From contig OX597823.1 in the NCBI GenBank assembly GCA_951406725.2, forward strand, positions 104,036,001 through 104,100,000: a stretch of 64,000 bases of DNA, given 5' to 3'. This DNA comes from Octopus vulgaris. Its lineage: Eukaryota. The notes beneath the pieces are model-generated. The model saw only the letters and a program-made list of their open reading frames with translations, searched no databases and was not told where the DNA came from. Both the position numbers and the translations under genes were made by a program. Of the stretch, positions 1 through 15,067 are shown in pieces; within the stretch, counting starts at the first letter, position 1; every line of letters begins with the position of its first letter.

Positions 1-37
<37 letters not shown>

Positions 38-378
38 AATAAGGGTAGAAATTGATATTAATCAATTAAAACCAGTGGCCCAGCATATTAAATCTTCGGA
101 TTTATACATATATATATATATATGAATGTATGTATTTCTGTCTATATATATGTATATATATATATATATATATGATGCAGCACGTAATTTTGTCAGTGAA
201 TAGGTCGCGGTCTCAAAGCGACGAAAATATTTTTGGCAAATTATATTTAAATGTTGAAGTGAATCTAACGGTTCTTTTTGTGTTTCTTAAATTGCTTATA
301 AACACCGTCCACGCTGCAATTGTTTTCGTTCCAACACACAATCTCAGATCAGGTCACTTGCTATGCAAGTACATCTAC

Positions 379-455
<77 letters not shown>

Positions 456-671
456 TAGTTATTGCCAAGCTAACATGGTAGTACAGAAAAATAGGACGAA
501 TGCTGACGTTGATTAGCTCTTTTGTTGTCTTAGCCATTTCTATCAATATATATATATATCAAGCTATTTTGATTCATACATGTAACTCCCAGTACATTTG
601 TTGAGTGGCTATGTTTCGTTTGTCCACTCCCTCTTATATACATACATAGATACGTATATGTTATACATACA

Positions 672-707
<36 letters not shown>

Positions 708-1189
708 TGTATATATATATATATACATATATACATATTTATATATATGTATGTATACACACACGCACACACACACTCACGCACACGCACACGCGCGCAC
801 ACACATATATATATACATACATGTATATATATATAATAATCCTTCTCCATTAAAGGAAGCCGTAACATTTCGAGGAAACTCGAGTTACGAGTCATTGGTT
901 CGCCCAAATAAATTATATAATGTGTGTATATATATATATATATGCATATATATAGGTATGTATGTAAATCAGTATATATGCTTATATATATTATGCATAT
1001 ACAATTCTCAAAACGAAATATGAACTCTTCCACATGAAAGTCATCAAGTTATTGTGCCGTGTGATTAACTGTTATTGTTGATAAGATTACATCAATCAAT
1101 CTTATGAACACAGTACATACATACATACAGACACACAAACATACGCACATACATATGTATATAGGTGTGTATATAAATGTGTGTGCTTG

Positions 1190-1348
<159 letters not shown>

Positions 1349-1847
1349 CCACAGTCACACATACACATGTATAATGCATATTTCCATATTAGTATATGGT
1401 ATCAAATCTGATGACTGAAATAAAATTCCTAGAAATGACAAAATTGTCAGATTACTGCAGCCCACCCTAAACGTACACACACACACATACACACACACAC
1501 ACACATTCATACACGCGTGCATACACACGTATGTGTGTTTGTGGTATATTTGAGTCTGTCTGCGGATGTACGTGTGTGTATATGTGTTTGTGTTTGTGTT
1601 TGTGTATGTGTGTCTGTGTGTGCATGTTTGTGTGTTTGTAGGAATACTAAATTAATATTCAATAAAGCGAAATTTAACTTCAAATCAAGAATACATGTTT
1701 ATTCAAAATATATTTAACGAGTTAGAATCTGAAAGCTGGTATCCCAGGGGTCATACATACATACAAGCATACATCATTACATGCATATGTATACATACTT
1801 ACATATTTCGAACTCAAATATTTACCTCTATTTAACCCTCCCACACC

Positions 1848-1895
1848 GTCTCTGATGAAGGGATATCCATAATATCCCAGAAACAGCAGTAAGAC
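1848..1895 (+). ncRNA. Minimal hammerhead motif (PLE type)
   Basis: GTCT-CTGATGA-A-GGGATAT-CCATA-ATATCCC-A-GAAA-CAGCAGTA-AGAC; stem III is one base from the palindrome ACAGCTGT. Confidence 0.65.
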
Positions 1896-1970
1896 CGTAT
1901 CTATATGTATTTCCTTATAAATGTCCCGAAAACTTCTCACAGTCTTGGCTTTGTTATCTCATTTTGTCTA

Positions 1971-2010
<40 letters not shown>

Positions 2011-2015
2011 ATATA

Positions 2016-2128
<113 letters not shown>

Positions 2129-2239
2129 GTGTGTTTGTATGTATGTATATATCTATACGCACACATACAGATACACAGACATGTATATATTCTGTTATTC
2201 TTCTATTTCTTTTACTTGTTTCAGTCATTTTGACTGTGG

Positions 2240-2322
<83 letters not shown>

Positions 2323-2929
2323 AGTATGTATGTATGTATGTATGTATGTATGCATAAATTTACATTCGAAGACAGAACCTCGCGATATGAATATAAACAC
2401 ACATCAAAGAGGGAATCTAAAGAACACTACCAGTGGAAATAATTGGAACCACCTCATCATCATCGCGGTATCTTGATCCATTAACCACAATTCTACGCCC
2501 GCAGAATGAATATCAGTCATCATATAAACTTTTCTGCATCTCCGTTCAATGCAGACATTCTTAACCCTAACCGAGATTCTTACTCCAAATGGAATGTGCC
2601 GACTCTACTTGAATATTTCTTGATCTTTGAAAGCGGTCATGTGTATGCATACTCGTGCAGTTGTGAATACTTTTTGCATACATTACATACAAGCATATAT
2701 AAATGTAAGTTTGTATGTATACATACACACACATATAAAAGAAAATAGCATAAAATTTTGCAAATATATCCCAATATATTATATATTCCTGTAGCAGAGC
2801 GTTCGGTGCCCTTGTACGAAATTCGAGATCTTATTTGCCGAGCAAAAATATTTGTAACGCTTTCTGCATGTATACGTCTTTACATGTACATTTAACGTAT
2901 GTTTTGTATGTGCATCAAATCTCTTATAG

Positions 2930-4790
2930 ATGTTATACAAACCTTATGCAGGAGAATGCTGGACACTCCGCATTTCTGTCACAGAATATCATATACTGAG
3001 ATATTCGATTAAACTGTATAATATCAACTTCATTCTCAACATTTGTAGAGCACTCTGTTGTAGTACAAATTCAGTTGTATCGCTCGTATTCCATCTCTGT
3101 ACGATATTTTTCAATCTACATACTACCCCCAGCAATTCAGCAACTTTAGACCTTTCCAACCGATGAAAGTATGAATTGCCAGTTATACTATGTAGTCTTT
3201 CCACTCGCTGAAGTGTGTTCGTTTGCACGAGACCAGAGAACTCACCAGTGAAGAATACATGCTGATGTTTATATAAACATTTCCTGTAACAATTTTTTCC
3301 CATGAATATTGGATATATATTTTGCAATTGCATCAAGTCAGTATATTTCATATATTATCATGGTATAGTGTATAATTGTGTATGACATACGTTATTATAT
3401 ATATTATTTATTCAGTCTCTCCCCAACTTATTGGGAAGTTGGTTTACTTATATGAACCATCATATGATACAAGAGGTGCCAAAGAAACAACACAGAAAAT
3501 CTGACAAACCCAAAAGAAAAATTTTCCTAGTTAATTATTTCAAATAATAATTTAATAATACAAGTAATAATTCATTAGGATATGTTTACTGTGATTATCA
3601 TGTCTGCTTATGATTGCTGAATCTATTAAATGTTTCTATACGAATTCGACGTGGTCGATGCCTTCTAATGATGAGGGTTTTATCTTCGGTGGTGATTCAA
3701 CAGTCAGCTTCGCTTCTCGCATTTCGTTGATTTTGCTTCGTCCCTCCCTATCGTGCTCCGAGGATTTTTTTGCTATTTCCTATTCTATGTGGTAAAATCA
3801 AACCCTTCGAAATCACGATATATACTGGTTGTTAGTCTATCAGAGTCTACTTCGGTTATCTGTGTCACTGTTACTTTGAACTTTTCTGACAATATGACAA
3901 TGCATGAGCTTTCTACTGAGGATCAGAAACCCTTTTATCTGGTAAATTTTTGAAGCAGAGCGCTGCAACATACCTAATCATGTGTCTCTGGCCATCAGGC
4001 AGGGAATATCCTCTGCGAAGCTGTTTTCCAACTCTCACGATGTAATCGACCTCATGTATACTATCTTTACTCATGGATACAGTTTGATAGTTGGAGATTT
4101 GTAGATGTTGACCAAGAGATGTATGGTGACATACAAGAGCTGCTCGAAGTGATATTAAGCATCTGATTCCTTATTTCGGGTTTAGGTATGGATAATCAAT
4201 TTCATTTGATGTTGATATTCTTATGGAAGTCATGTTATCCGGGCCACTTATTATTTTCAGGTTTTCAAATCAATGAATTGAACCTTATTTGGCGTCTAAT
4301 CGAATACTCGAATTGCACGAATGTTGCTGTCAATAATCGTATGAGATACTGATTTATGCAACGTAGAATGTTCAGAGATATATTATCACGATATATTCTC
4401 TGCGTATGTATTCGTTAGTAAAACTTTTATAATAGGATATATTTTCCTCCTTCTTACGTTCCCCATTCCATATTAGAGAAATAATCAATCGCTGTTGACT
4501 GACATCCTAGTTTTCTATCGTTTTACAACCAGGTAGGAACATGTTTATTGGTGAATCCCCATCCTTGCATCTGTTGAAAATGTAACGAGGTTAAAGCTCT
4601 TCAGACCATTCATATTTCTGTTGTTTCTTTTCAGATCTTCCATAAGGAAGCCATTTTTTAAATTGGTGTTTCTGCCTTCCTGTGAGTAAATTACGTCCTC
4701 TTTAGATGACCTCGATAAAAAGGGGTATACCGATAGCATAAACACTATCATAGAGAGGTTGTTGTCTTGACATAACCACTGTAATACTGT
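2930..4790 (-). pseudogene. Possible very old RNase H-bearing LINE remnant
   Basis: Weak motifs only: VAELLGVV...QQSALQML (RNase H-like) and MNGLKSFN (RT-like). Many disruptions. Confidence 0.3.
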
Positions 4791-6574
4791 ATATTAGCAG
4801 AGACAAGTAAACCATTTCTGTATTTAACTCCACATAGTGGCACAGGAGGAAGTCAGGTTGTCTATGGCCATGATGGAGTCTGGAACTTTAGCATGTTGAA
4901 GAGATTCTAGTAACCATGAATTGAAAACCAAATTATAAGCATTTCACAATGAATGTAATTTTGTGCCATTGTGGTCAGGCCCTCAAGTCTAAAGAGTGAA
5001 ATCGGATTGCACAGACTGAATCTCTCTTTAACTGTACGTAGTGCAAGCAAGAAGAAAAGCTCTACAGCGTCAAAGCCACGCAAGTAAACTATTTGCAAGC
5101 CACGCAAGGTCGTGCTGCCCTTCCTCAAGATCGTCGAACAAGAAGAAACTGCCATCACCATGTAATTTTGTATATATGTGCCTATGTATCCATGTATGAC
5201 ATGTTGTATTTACGCATGAACGTAATACGCACATATATAGATATCACAAACATACGCGCAATGTACACACACACACGCACATATGCATATGTGAATATAT
5301 ACGTATATATGAATGTGGATAAATTAATTTTCAAGCACATTGATTGATCTATGTATGTTTACATGCATGTGAATGCAATTTATTAGCGTATATATATATA
5401 AATGTGTGTGTGTGCGTGTGTGTTTGTGTGTGTGTTATGTATGCATATAAGCACAAAAGACATGCTGCGTTTACACAACTCTCTTGTTTATCCACTTCTA
5501 TTCCCTGTGTGTGTATATGGAAGTGTGTGTGTGAGCTGTGCATATGTATGCATCTGTCTGTCAGCTTCGTTTTCATATGCATTATTTCAGTGCTTCTAAT
5601 ATTAAGCAGATGTGCACCACATGTTGACATGGAAAATCCGACCTCACCTTCATACCCTTACACAAGCACACATGCATTCATACACCGCATACACACAAAC
5701 TGGTGTCTAAAGTGGTGCCTAATTCCCTCCTTACATCCGTACACTTACATATGTTCACACACACACATGCATACACATCTTAAGCACACACAACAGGGTG
5801 TCTTGTCAGTACCCTTATACATTTCATAGAAGCCATCAGTGTCACTGCTCATTGTTTAAGTTTCAATTGGCAGCTCGCACAATAAACATTCACACGTTCA
5901 CAAACATTCAGGTGAATATGTGTGTATGCATGCGTGTGTGTGTGTGTGTGCCCGCGTGTGCGTGTGTGTGTGTGAGAGTGTGTATTTTCACAGCCAAATG
6001 TAATTATATTCCTTCAATATATATATTCAATTGATGGCAGACATCTACATAATGCCTACACACACGCGTATATACACATACATACACTCACTCAAACGCA
6101 CTCAATAAAAACATATACAACCGAAGGGAGACCTGCGCGCGCTCGCGCGCATAACCACACACACATTCGCGCTGGCGCATGCATTCACGCGTACCTGCGT
6201 TCATATCTTATAAGAAATCGGCCTGAATCTGAAAACTGGTACGGTGATCGAATTCCAGAGGGTTGCAGCTATACAGATGGTGAAATAATATACGATGGGA
6301 AGAAGGAACATGAAAGAAATGTGAAGAAGGGAAAGAGAAGGAGTGGAGGGAGGGAGAGAGCGCGCGCGCGAGAGAGAGAAGAGATCTATTTTGTGTAATA
6401 GGAATGAATATACAATTCATTAGAACAACAAAGAAAGAATGCCGGTTGGTCGGTGGATGTAGCAGATTGTGGAATGAACCACTGTTATTAAGAACCCGAA
6501 AGGGGCTTCATTCAGCTGTGGTCTAGCACATAATTTTCATGAAGAAAACCAACAAGTATTATTAAGGGGTTTCA

Positions 6575-6790
6575 GGCAGTCAGTTGGCAGAATCGTTGCC
6601 GCACCGGGCAAAATTGTTAGCGCCATTTCCGTCTCTTTATGTTCTGAGCTCAACTGGCGCTGGGACCTACTTTGCCTTTCATCGAGGTCGATAAAATAAG
6701 CACCGGTTGAGTACTGCGGTTGATGGATTCGACAAGATCCCCTCCCCTAAAATCTCCCCCAAAATAGGCCTTGTACCTGTTGTTAAAAGA
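6575..6790 (+). mobile_element. SINE with Deu/Nin-like central domain
   Basis: TGGCAGAATCGTT head and CTTTGCCTTTCATC..GAGGTCGATAAAATAAGCACC, resembling the Deu/Nin SINE domain (recognised from memory). Confidence 0.6.
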
Positions 6791-7240
6791 AATTTTAAGT
6801 GGTGGGGTTGGGGAATAAGTTGCAGTATTCCATATAATTCAGATAATTATAAACGTTTATAACTTGTTCAACGCCAAGAAGAAGAAAGAAGTATTTTTAT
6901 GGACGAAAAATATATTTTGTCTTCTCATTGGTAAAGATGAAGAAGGCAACAAGCTGGTTGAGTCATTAGAACGTCGAAAAATATACCTTCTTCCAGCTCC
7001 TAACGTTTTTGGTTCGCTTCAGGACGAGTTATTTTTGGGGTCGATATGATCAAGTACAGCTAAAGTGCTAAAGGTTCATGTTATCGATTGAATTTCTTCC
7101 TATCAAATGGCTGGTCAGGTGCCGATATTAGAAACACTTATTAAAGAGAACTGGATCAAACATTTCTGTACTACCTGAGTGGGTTGGCCTGGCTTTAGTT
7201 TGAGAACCGCTGGTTTAGTTCGCGCGCGTGAGTAGTAGTG

Positions 7241-7315
<75 letters not shown>

Positions 7316-8869
7316 ATAGCAGTAGTAGTAGTAGCAGCAGCAACAGTAGTAGTAGTAGTTATCGTTGTTGTAGTAGTAGAGCAGCAGCATCTTTCCAGAA
7401 CTGATCAGCTTTCTAACAGAACCGGAAATCTAGTCTTTCAAGTGTTCCTTTCTCACGTAATCATCCATATCTTACTGTACTATTGATTTTTCCATGTTCT
7501 TTATGATATAGTTTATCAACTGTCTGTCAATATCTGTCTATCCATTTAACGATCTATGTATCTATAGTTATAGCTATGAATGCATACAATGCACGTAGGT
7601 ACAGACGTGTAGTTCCAAACAATACCCAACACCAAGGAATGAGAGTAATTTGTGTTAATTGTACCTCGTTACCTCACATTTTATCATTAGAGTTTCCTGT
7701 TGATGATCGTCAGACAGGATATGAAGTATGGTGAACAATATTTATATGTGTAAATACATGTCTGTGTGTGTATGCATGTATGTAAACAGAAACATATGTA
7801 TATAACACACATATACGTATATATATATATATCTAAATAATATATATACATATCAGAGGGATGACCACTTAGTCGACATCCATATGCTAGGAGTGCCCCC
7901 CCCCCCATGGTCTTACCACTAAGAAAGGAATGTTCTCAAGAAAATTTGGCAAACACCAGAACGTAAGCAAGACAAATAAAAAGATACAAAATATACAGAT
8001 TAATCACAAACCAGTCAGTGTGATCGCCATAGCAAAATATAATTTGCAGAACTATACATAGGATGTCCGTATGAAATTGAACATGAATATAGTTCTACCA
8101 ATTACATTTGGGGTTATATTTCAAAAGTCTTCATTTTGGCGCGCCAAAATACCGGAAATAATTCTGCAGAAAATAATTCTCTGCAGTGAATTTTGCCGGT
8201 TAGAGAACATAGTTATCTAAATTTAAATAAAAAATAATAAAGGTGAAAAATTGAATATTAATTTGATTAAAACCGATTTAAAACCAGTGGTCTAGCATAT
8301 AGAAAAATCTGAAGATTCAGAAAAATATATATATATATATATATATATACATAAATATGAGAGAGTAATCACTATGTGGTCGACTCTAGTGCTAAAAATA
8401 GATCCACTATGGTATAGCCACTAAAAATTGTTTCCAAGGAGAAATAAAACAACATTTAACGTGGTTACTCTCTCATATTTATGTATAAATTTGTATTGTA
8501 TCCCTGTTTTTTATGTGCTAAGCCACTTGGTGTTAAATTGATGGTATTATTAAATTAATATCAAATTTTTCACCCACATTTATAAATATATATATATATA
8601 TATATAAATATGCGCTATAAATGACTTCAATAAAGTGGCACTGAGAGATGAATATGCGAATAAGTTATTAAAGAAAAAGGAAACGAATTTGTAACGAAAA
8701 ACTTGTGCATCACCGATAAACAATAGTTAAATAACTGTATATGTGAAGACTTGCTTTATTGTTTATCCACAGAGAGTTCTTGTTTCTAAACACGAGTGAT
8801 TCCAGTTCTCGTAGATAAATAAGTATTAGAAATTAAAATACGTTCGTGCATTCGTGTGTGTGTGTGTGC

Positions 8870-8990
<121 letters not shown>

Positions 8991-8991
8991 C

Positions 8992-9072
<81 letters not shown>

Positions 9073-9177
9073 GTGACAACAAAAGAATGAGACCTCGATA
9101 TTAGGTAAACGGAGGATTATTTATATATGTATAGTTTAGGATAATCAGTAAGCTGTCATAATAGTACTCAGAGTTTC

Positions 9178-9238
9178 AATAGCCGACGAGAATGCATCGT
9201 AGCTCTTAACTCCGGCATTTGAAACTCCGAGTACTATT
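9178..9238 (+). ncRNA. Hammerhead-like motif with CCGACGA core inside a hairpin element
   Basis: AATAG-CCGACGA-GAATGC...GCATTT-GAAACTCCGAGTA-CTATT. Confidence 0.55.
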
Positions 9239-9274
9239 TTTACAGCTTACTGATTGTCTTAAATTATACATATA

Positions 9275-9315
<41 letters not shown>

Positions 9316-10116
9316 ATGTATATATGTACGCGCATGCATGTACATATACGAGTGTGTGTGTGTGTGTTTCGTAGAAGATATTTCCTCAATAGATATTGTT
9401 TCATAAAAACACACCGAGCAGAGTAACAGATTCAGTGTTTTGGTATGATTTCATCCCCTCAGTGATAAATAGCACCTCGGACATTTGGATCCAGGCTGGT
9501 ACTTCTATCCATTTAAATAAATAGCAAACGTTTGCTGGTTTTATGTTGAGACATGCTAATTTGGAATTCCTTTCATGTTCAAGTGTTAAGGAATGTATAC
9601 TACAAAGATGTACACAAATATGTTTTAATTCCCATTGATGTGTGTGCTTAAACTCAATTAAATCTTGATTTGTAAATATATATTTTTATAGATTTGAAAA
9701 TACATTTTTTTTTTCCTGTGTATAGGACAAAGACTTTGGCGTGTCTACAAATGAGCGCGACGGTATCTACCACTGCGGGATCGACGTCATGTCGAAACAC
9801 TTTGCTTCGTTGTCAGGTGACATCAATTGGAATTCAGTTCAATGTATTTTTACATACAAAGTCTATAAAGGGTAATTTTCTCTTAGATAAAATGTCACAA
9901 CTAATGTATAGAGTAACTGTCAAAAAGAATGTACACATCGATATTTTGATTCTTACTGCTTTGTGCAGCTATAATATATATACAGAAAGACAAAGAAAGA
10001 GATAAGATAGAGAGATAAGGAAAAGATGGGGAGAGAAAATGGACTACATGTATGTGTGAATGTGTGTATATGTGTATGTGTATGTGTGCGTAAATGCATA
10101 GACATATCCTTTTATT

Positions 10117-10335
10117 TTATCGTTTTGCTTTTACTTTGACTCTAGCCATGCTGGAGCACTGCCTTCAAAAGTTTTAGTCGAACAAATCGACACCCAGGAC
10201 ATACTTTTATTTCTAAGCCTAGTACTTATTCTATCGGTCTCTTAGGCTGAAACGCTAATTTACGGGGACATAAACACACCAACAACAGTTGTCAAGTGGT
10301 GGTGGTGGAACAAAAACAGATACAAAGACACACAC
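10117..10335 (-). mobile_element. SINE family 1, 3' half
   Basis: GCCATGCTGGAGCACTGCC...CCTAGTACTTATTCTATCGGTCTC matches the family. Confidence 0.78.
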
Positions 10336-10380
10336 ATATGTATGTATATATGTATATATATATGTATATATGCATGTATG

Positions 10381-10449
<69 letters not shown>

Positions 10450-10569
10450 AAAGCAATAAAGATTCAAGTTAATTTAAATGGATTTACTTGAATATGGCAC
10501 CTAACTTAGATGCACCAAAACAAACTATACGGTTTTAACAATACAGTAATGTGGGGTGATTATAAGCGA

Positions 10570-11282
10570 GAAAAAAGCAACAAGAATGGATAGGTTTTTA
10601 GTACAATCGTTTCATACAAGGACAGGCTTTATTAAAAGTTGCAAAAATTGCAGCATATAAACGTGTCCCGTACTCATCAGCTAAAATACATGTGAGTTCT
10701 CTAGACACCCTAGTGGTTGAGGCTATACTCATGAAGTAATGTAGATAATTAAGTAACATAAACAGATTTCCAAAGTTCATTAAAGTTCTTTAAAGATGAT
10801 GTACAGTCTTATCACAGAATTTTAAAAAGGTTTTAATAGCATCACAGAGAAGGTGACTTAATCCATAGTGTACATATGAATTTCCAGAGATATTAGGAGG
10901 GATTACATACCCACAGACGACAAATTTATCCATTGCTAATCACAACGAGGTGGGTTTCAATTCCTGCTTATTAGCATTACAGAGAGGGTGAATTAATCCT
11001 TTGTATAGATGCACAATTTCCAATGGTGTAGATGTAAATTTCCAGAGAAATGAAGAGGAATTTCATATTCACAGGCGATAAATTTATCAATGGTTGAACA
11101 CAATTATCTACATTACTTCATGAGTATAGCCTCAACCACTAGGATGTCTACAGAACTCACATGTATTTTAGCTGATGAGTACGGGACACGTTTATATGCT
11201 GCAATTTTTGCAACTTTTAATAAAGCCTGTCCTTGTATGAAACGATTGTACTAAAAACCTATCCATTCTTGTTGCTTTTTTC
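10570..11282. mobile_element. Fold-back PLE-like element with ~181-bp inverted arms, each with a hammerhead motif
   Basis: 10570-10750 is the reverse complement of 11102-11282 (about 2 mismatches seen); ~350-bp spacer with a diverged internal direct repeat. Confidence 0.8.
11166..11256 (+). ncRNA. Type I hammerhead ribozyme motif (mirror copy on minus strand at 10596-10686)
   Basis: TTTTAG-CTGATGA-GTACGGGACA...TGTCCTTGTAT-GAAA-CGATTGTA-CTAAAA: 6-bp stem I, canonical core, extended stem II, near-palindromic stem III, GUA site. Confidence 0.75.
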
Positions 11283-11286
11283 ACGC

Positions 11287-11609
<323 letters not shown>

Positions 11610-11879
11610 AATATGTATGTGTGTATGTGTGTGCATGTATGTGCGTGTATATACAAACGTTTGTTTGATGTTATAATGAGAACAATTTTACATTAGATTT
11701 TATATTAAATTGAAGGAGTACTCAATACGTTTAGTAGAGTATGAATTTATTATTTTTTAACATGAGTAGTTTTGACTGTGATTTCAAAGTTTCGACCAGG
11801 TAACCATATATACATATATATTTATGCCCACACACAAACACAGGGGTCTATACATACATAAATACATACACACACACAC

Positions 11880-11957
<78 letters not shown>

Positions 11958-12933
11958 CATACATGTATGTATGCGATAGAAAAGTTTTTCTTTTATTCCC
12001 TCTTATAGTATATACAAACAGCAGAGTGCGACTTAGCTGCTATTTTTAGGAAGCAGAGAGAAAAAGATAGAAAGAGGGCGTCAAAGCTTCTTTCGTTGGC
12101 TTGAATATACGTAGGGATCTAGATGTATGTATGCGTACGTATATATGTATGAGTATGTGCGTGTGACTGTATGTATGTGTGTCCGCGTATGAGTGTAAGA
12201 CAATATGCATGCTTGCATAGAAATACACACACACACACACACACACACAATGCTTGAAGTGACTGCTATGGTTATGAATCCTAAGAGACCAACCACTGAG
12301 ACTAATCTTTCTATTCATCATCATCATCATCATCAACACTGACAACAACAGCAACAACAACTAGAGCAACAAAGGAATAAGAAAACATTTTTAGAAAACC
12401 AAAACAAAAGCAAACAAAACAAAAACTAAGAAGAAGTCATGAAATACGATGTCTCTGCAATAACAATATGGCTGCCGCCGCAACCCACCTTCGTTTCCTC
12501 CAGCGCCAGACAGTCACCAAACCACCACCACCATCACCACCACCTCCCATGAATACCGCTGCCGCCGCAGCCGCTCTGGTATAGCAACCCTGATATTGTT
12601 ATGGAATTGTTATTAAATGTTTGGTAACATTCGAGAAATGCACGTCTTGGGTCTTTTTGTTTTTGTTTTTCGTTTTTCTTTTTCTTTTCAATAAAAATCC
12701 TGCAGGTCTTCATGTTACAATCTTCAGGAACATTTAATGAATTGATATTTACATTGAGGTTTCTTGTTACGTGTAGCTTACTTGTGAAAAATAAAAAAAT
12801 AAAAAAACTTTTTAGACTGTTTCGCTCGGCAGACATATTTTAATTTATTTATCTTGAAAATAACCTTGGCAGGAAACTTTGTTGCCATAAGTTATTATGC
12901 GTTTAATCTATGATCGTATTCGTGAGCATGCGC

Positions 12934-12979
<46 letters not shown>

Positions 12980-13382
12980 AAGTGATTGTTCTTTGAGGAC
13001 AAATTGTTTTTATTTTTTCTTCTTAAACGAAGAGACTAAGCTGGAACAGAATAATGGATTACTTAGCTAAAAATATTGAACGCCGATGTGAAATTTCTTC
13101 TGGTCAGAATCAACACTAACAAAAACAACAAAAGTTAGAATGTTTAAAAGAAAACATTGAATAAAATTGATGTTATATACACGTGTATCGAGAGATGGGT
13201 GTTTCATATAAAGCGGTGGGGTATATATGTGGAAAGGGTTGAGTTACTTATTGCTCGTCGGTATTGAAGATAATGAATGGTTAGTCTCCTTTTGGTAATT
13301 TTTGAGTAATTGAAAATTGAAACGAAAACAGGATTGTATTAACTTGAGTTCAATACGTTTTTAAGGTAATGGCACACACGTA

Positions 13383-13557
13383 GGCGTAGGAGTGGCTGTG
13401 TGGTAAGTAGCTTGCTTACGAACCACATAGTTCCGGGTTTAGTCCTACTGCGTGGCACCTTGGGCAAGTGTCTTCTACTCTAGCTTCGGGCCGACCCAAG
13501 CTTTGTGAGTGAATTTGGTAGATGGAAATTTAAAGAAGCCCGTCGTATATATGTATA

Positions 13558-13608
<51 letters not shown>

Positions 13609-13832
13609 GTGTGTATATGTTTGTGTGCCTGTGTTTGTCCCCCCAACATCGATTGACAACCAATGCTGGTGTGTTTACGGCTCCGTAACTTAGCGGTTCG
13701 GCAAAAGAGACCGATAGAAAAAGTACTAGGCTTACAAAGAATAAGTCCTGGGGTCGATTTGCTCGACTAAAGGCGGTGCTTCAGCATGGCCACAGTCAAA
13801 TGACTGAAACAAGTAAAAGAGTAAAAGAGTAA
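13383..13832 (+). mobile_element. tRNA-derived SINE (family 1) with internal microsatellite
   Basis: A-box-like TGGCTGTGTGG, B-box-like GGTTTAGTCC, conserved body, 3' tandem GTAAAAGA tail; many copies in the window. Confidence 0.88.
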
Positions 13833-13895
13833 GCATTTGAATTTTCATACACATACACACACACGTGTGTGAGCGTGTGAGTTTATGTGTGTGTA

Positions 13896-13944
<49 letters not shown>

Positions 13945-14627
13945 GCGATATGATGCTGTACAAGCACTAAACTTGAATGCCCTGCTTCATATACTAGGCA
14001 CAGCGGTACGCTAATGAGGGCAATTAGGTGATATCTGTCCCCTTGTCATTCGTTATTTAATATTACACTCTATGTTCACCGAAACTCTTTATTCTAAAGC
14101 ATAAGTATATTAAATTCTAGCAGCTAGTTATTAGTATTGCTATATTGTGCTGCAGTTTTGTCACTTACATCAGTGAGTGACTCCGGGTAGCTCTGGTGTC
14201 GTAATTGAAGAGGCCGAAACACATAAAAAAGTATTTCGCCCCTTGATGTGGCATCCACTCCTGCATTCGGGGACGGAATACAGTAGCAACTTCAGTACAC
14301 TAATGGCTAATCTAAAATATTTCATTACAAAATGACTAATTAAGTAAGCACGGCACAGTTGTAGGTGAATATTCATTTCTTTTTTATAGATCATAAGACA
14401 AACAATATTTGGACGTTTGGGAAAATGCAAAATCGGATTACATACATTTGAAATTATCATACTCTATCAAGAGAAGACTGAATAGATTATTATGGCAAAT
14501 AAGAAAAGCCAAAGCAATTCTATAAAGATAATAATGACCTCAGAACAAGTGTATGCACTCACAAATGTAAAAATAACTAGATAAATGTGTGTGCAACAGA
14601 CACACAGACACATACAAACACTCACAC

Positions 14628-14707
<80 letters not shown>

Positions 14708-14803
14708 AGAGAGTGCCAAGAGAGAGAACAAATTTCAAAGGTCAGTGTTCATATTCACTCAATATATTTCAAAGCATCGCAATAGTCCACTGCATACATA
14801 GGT

Positions 14804-14893
<90 letters not shown>

Positions 14894-15004
14894 GTATATA
14901 GATACATAAATGTACTTGCGAGGTTGTATATATATAAACAAATGTTTGTAGCAACATAACGTGGTTATCTTACGCACACATACACACACATAACCAACAC
15001 AGAA

Positions 15005-15067
<63 letters not shown>

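Noticed and set aside
1404-1453. CTGATGA...GAAATGACAAAATTGTC
   Set aside because: Stems I and II do not pair in register.
6130-6480. CpG-rich possible promoter or first exon
   Set aside because: CpGs are mostly (CG)n/(CA)n repeat derivatives; no adjoining gene evidence.
14205-14226. TTGAAGA-GGCC-GAAAC hammerhead-like string
   Set aside because: C3 altered; no stem I, stem III or NUH site found.
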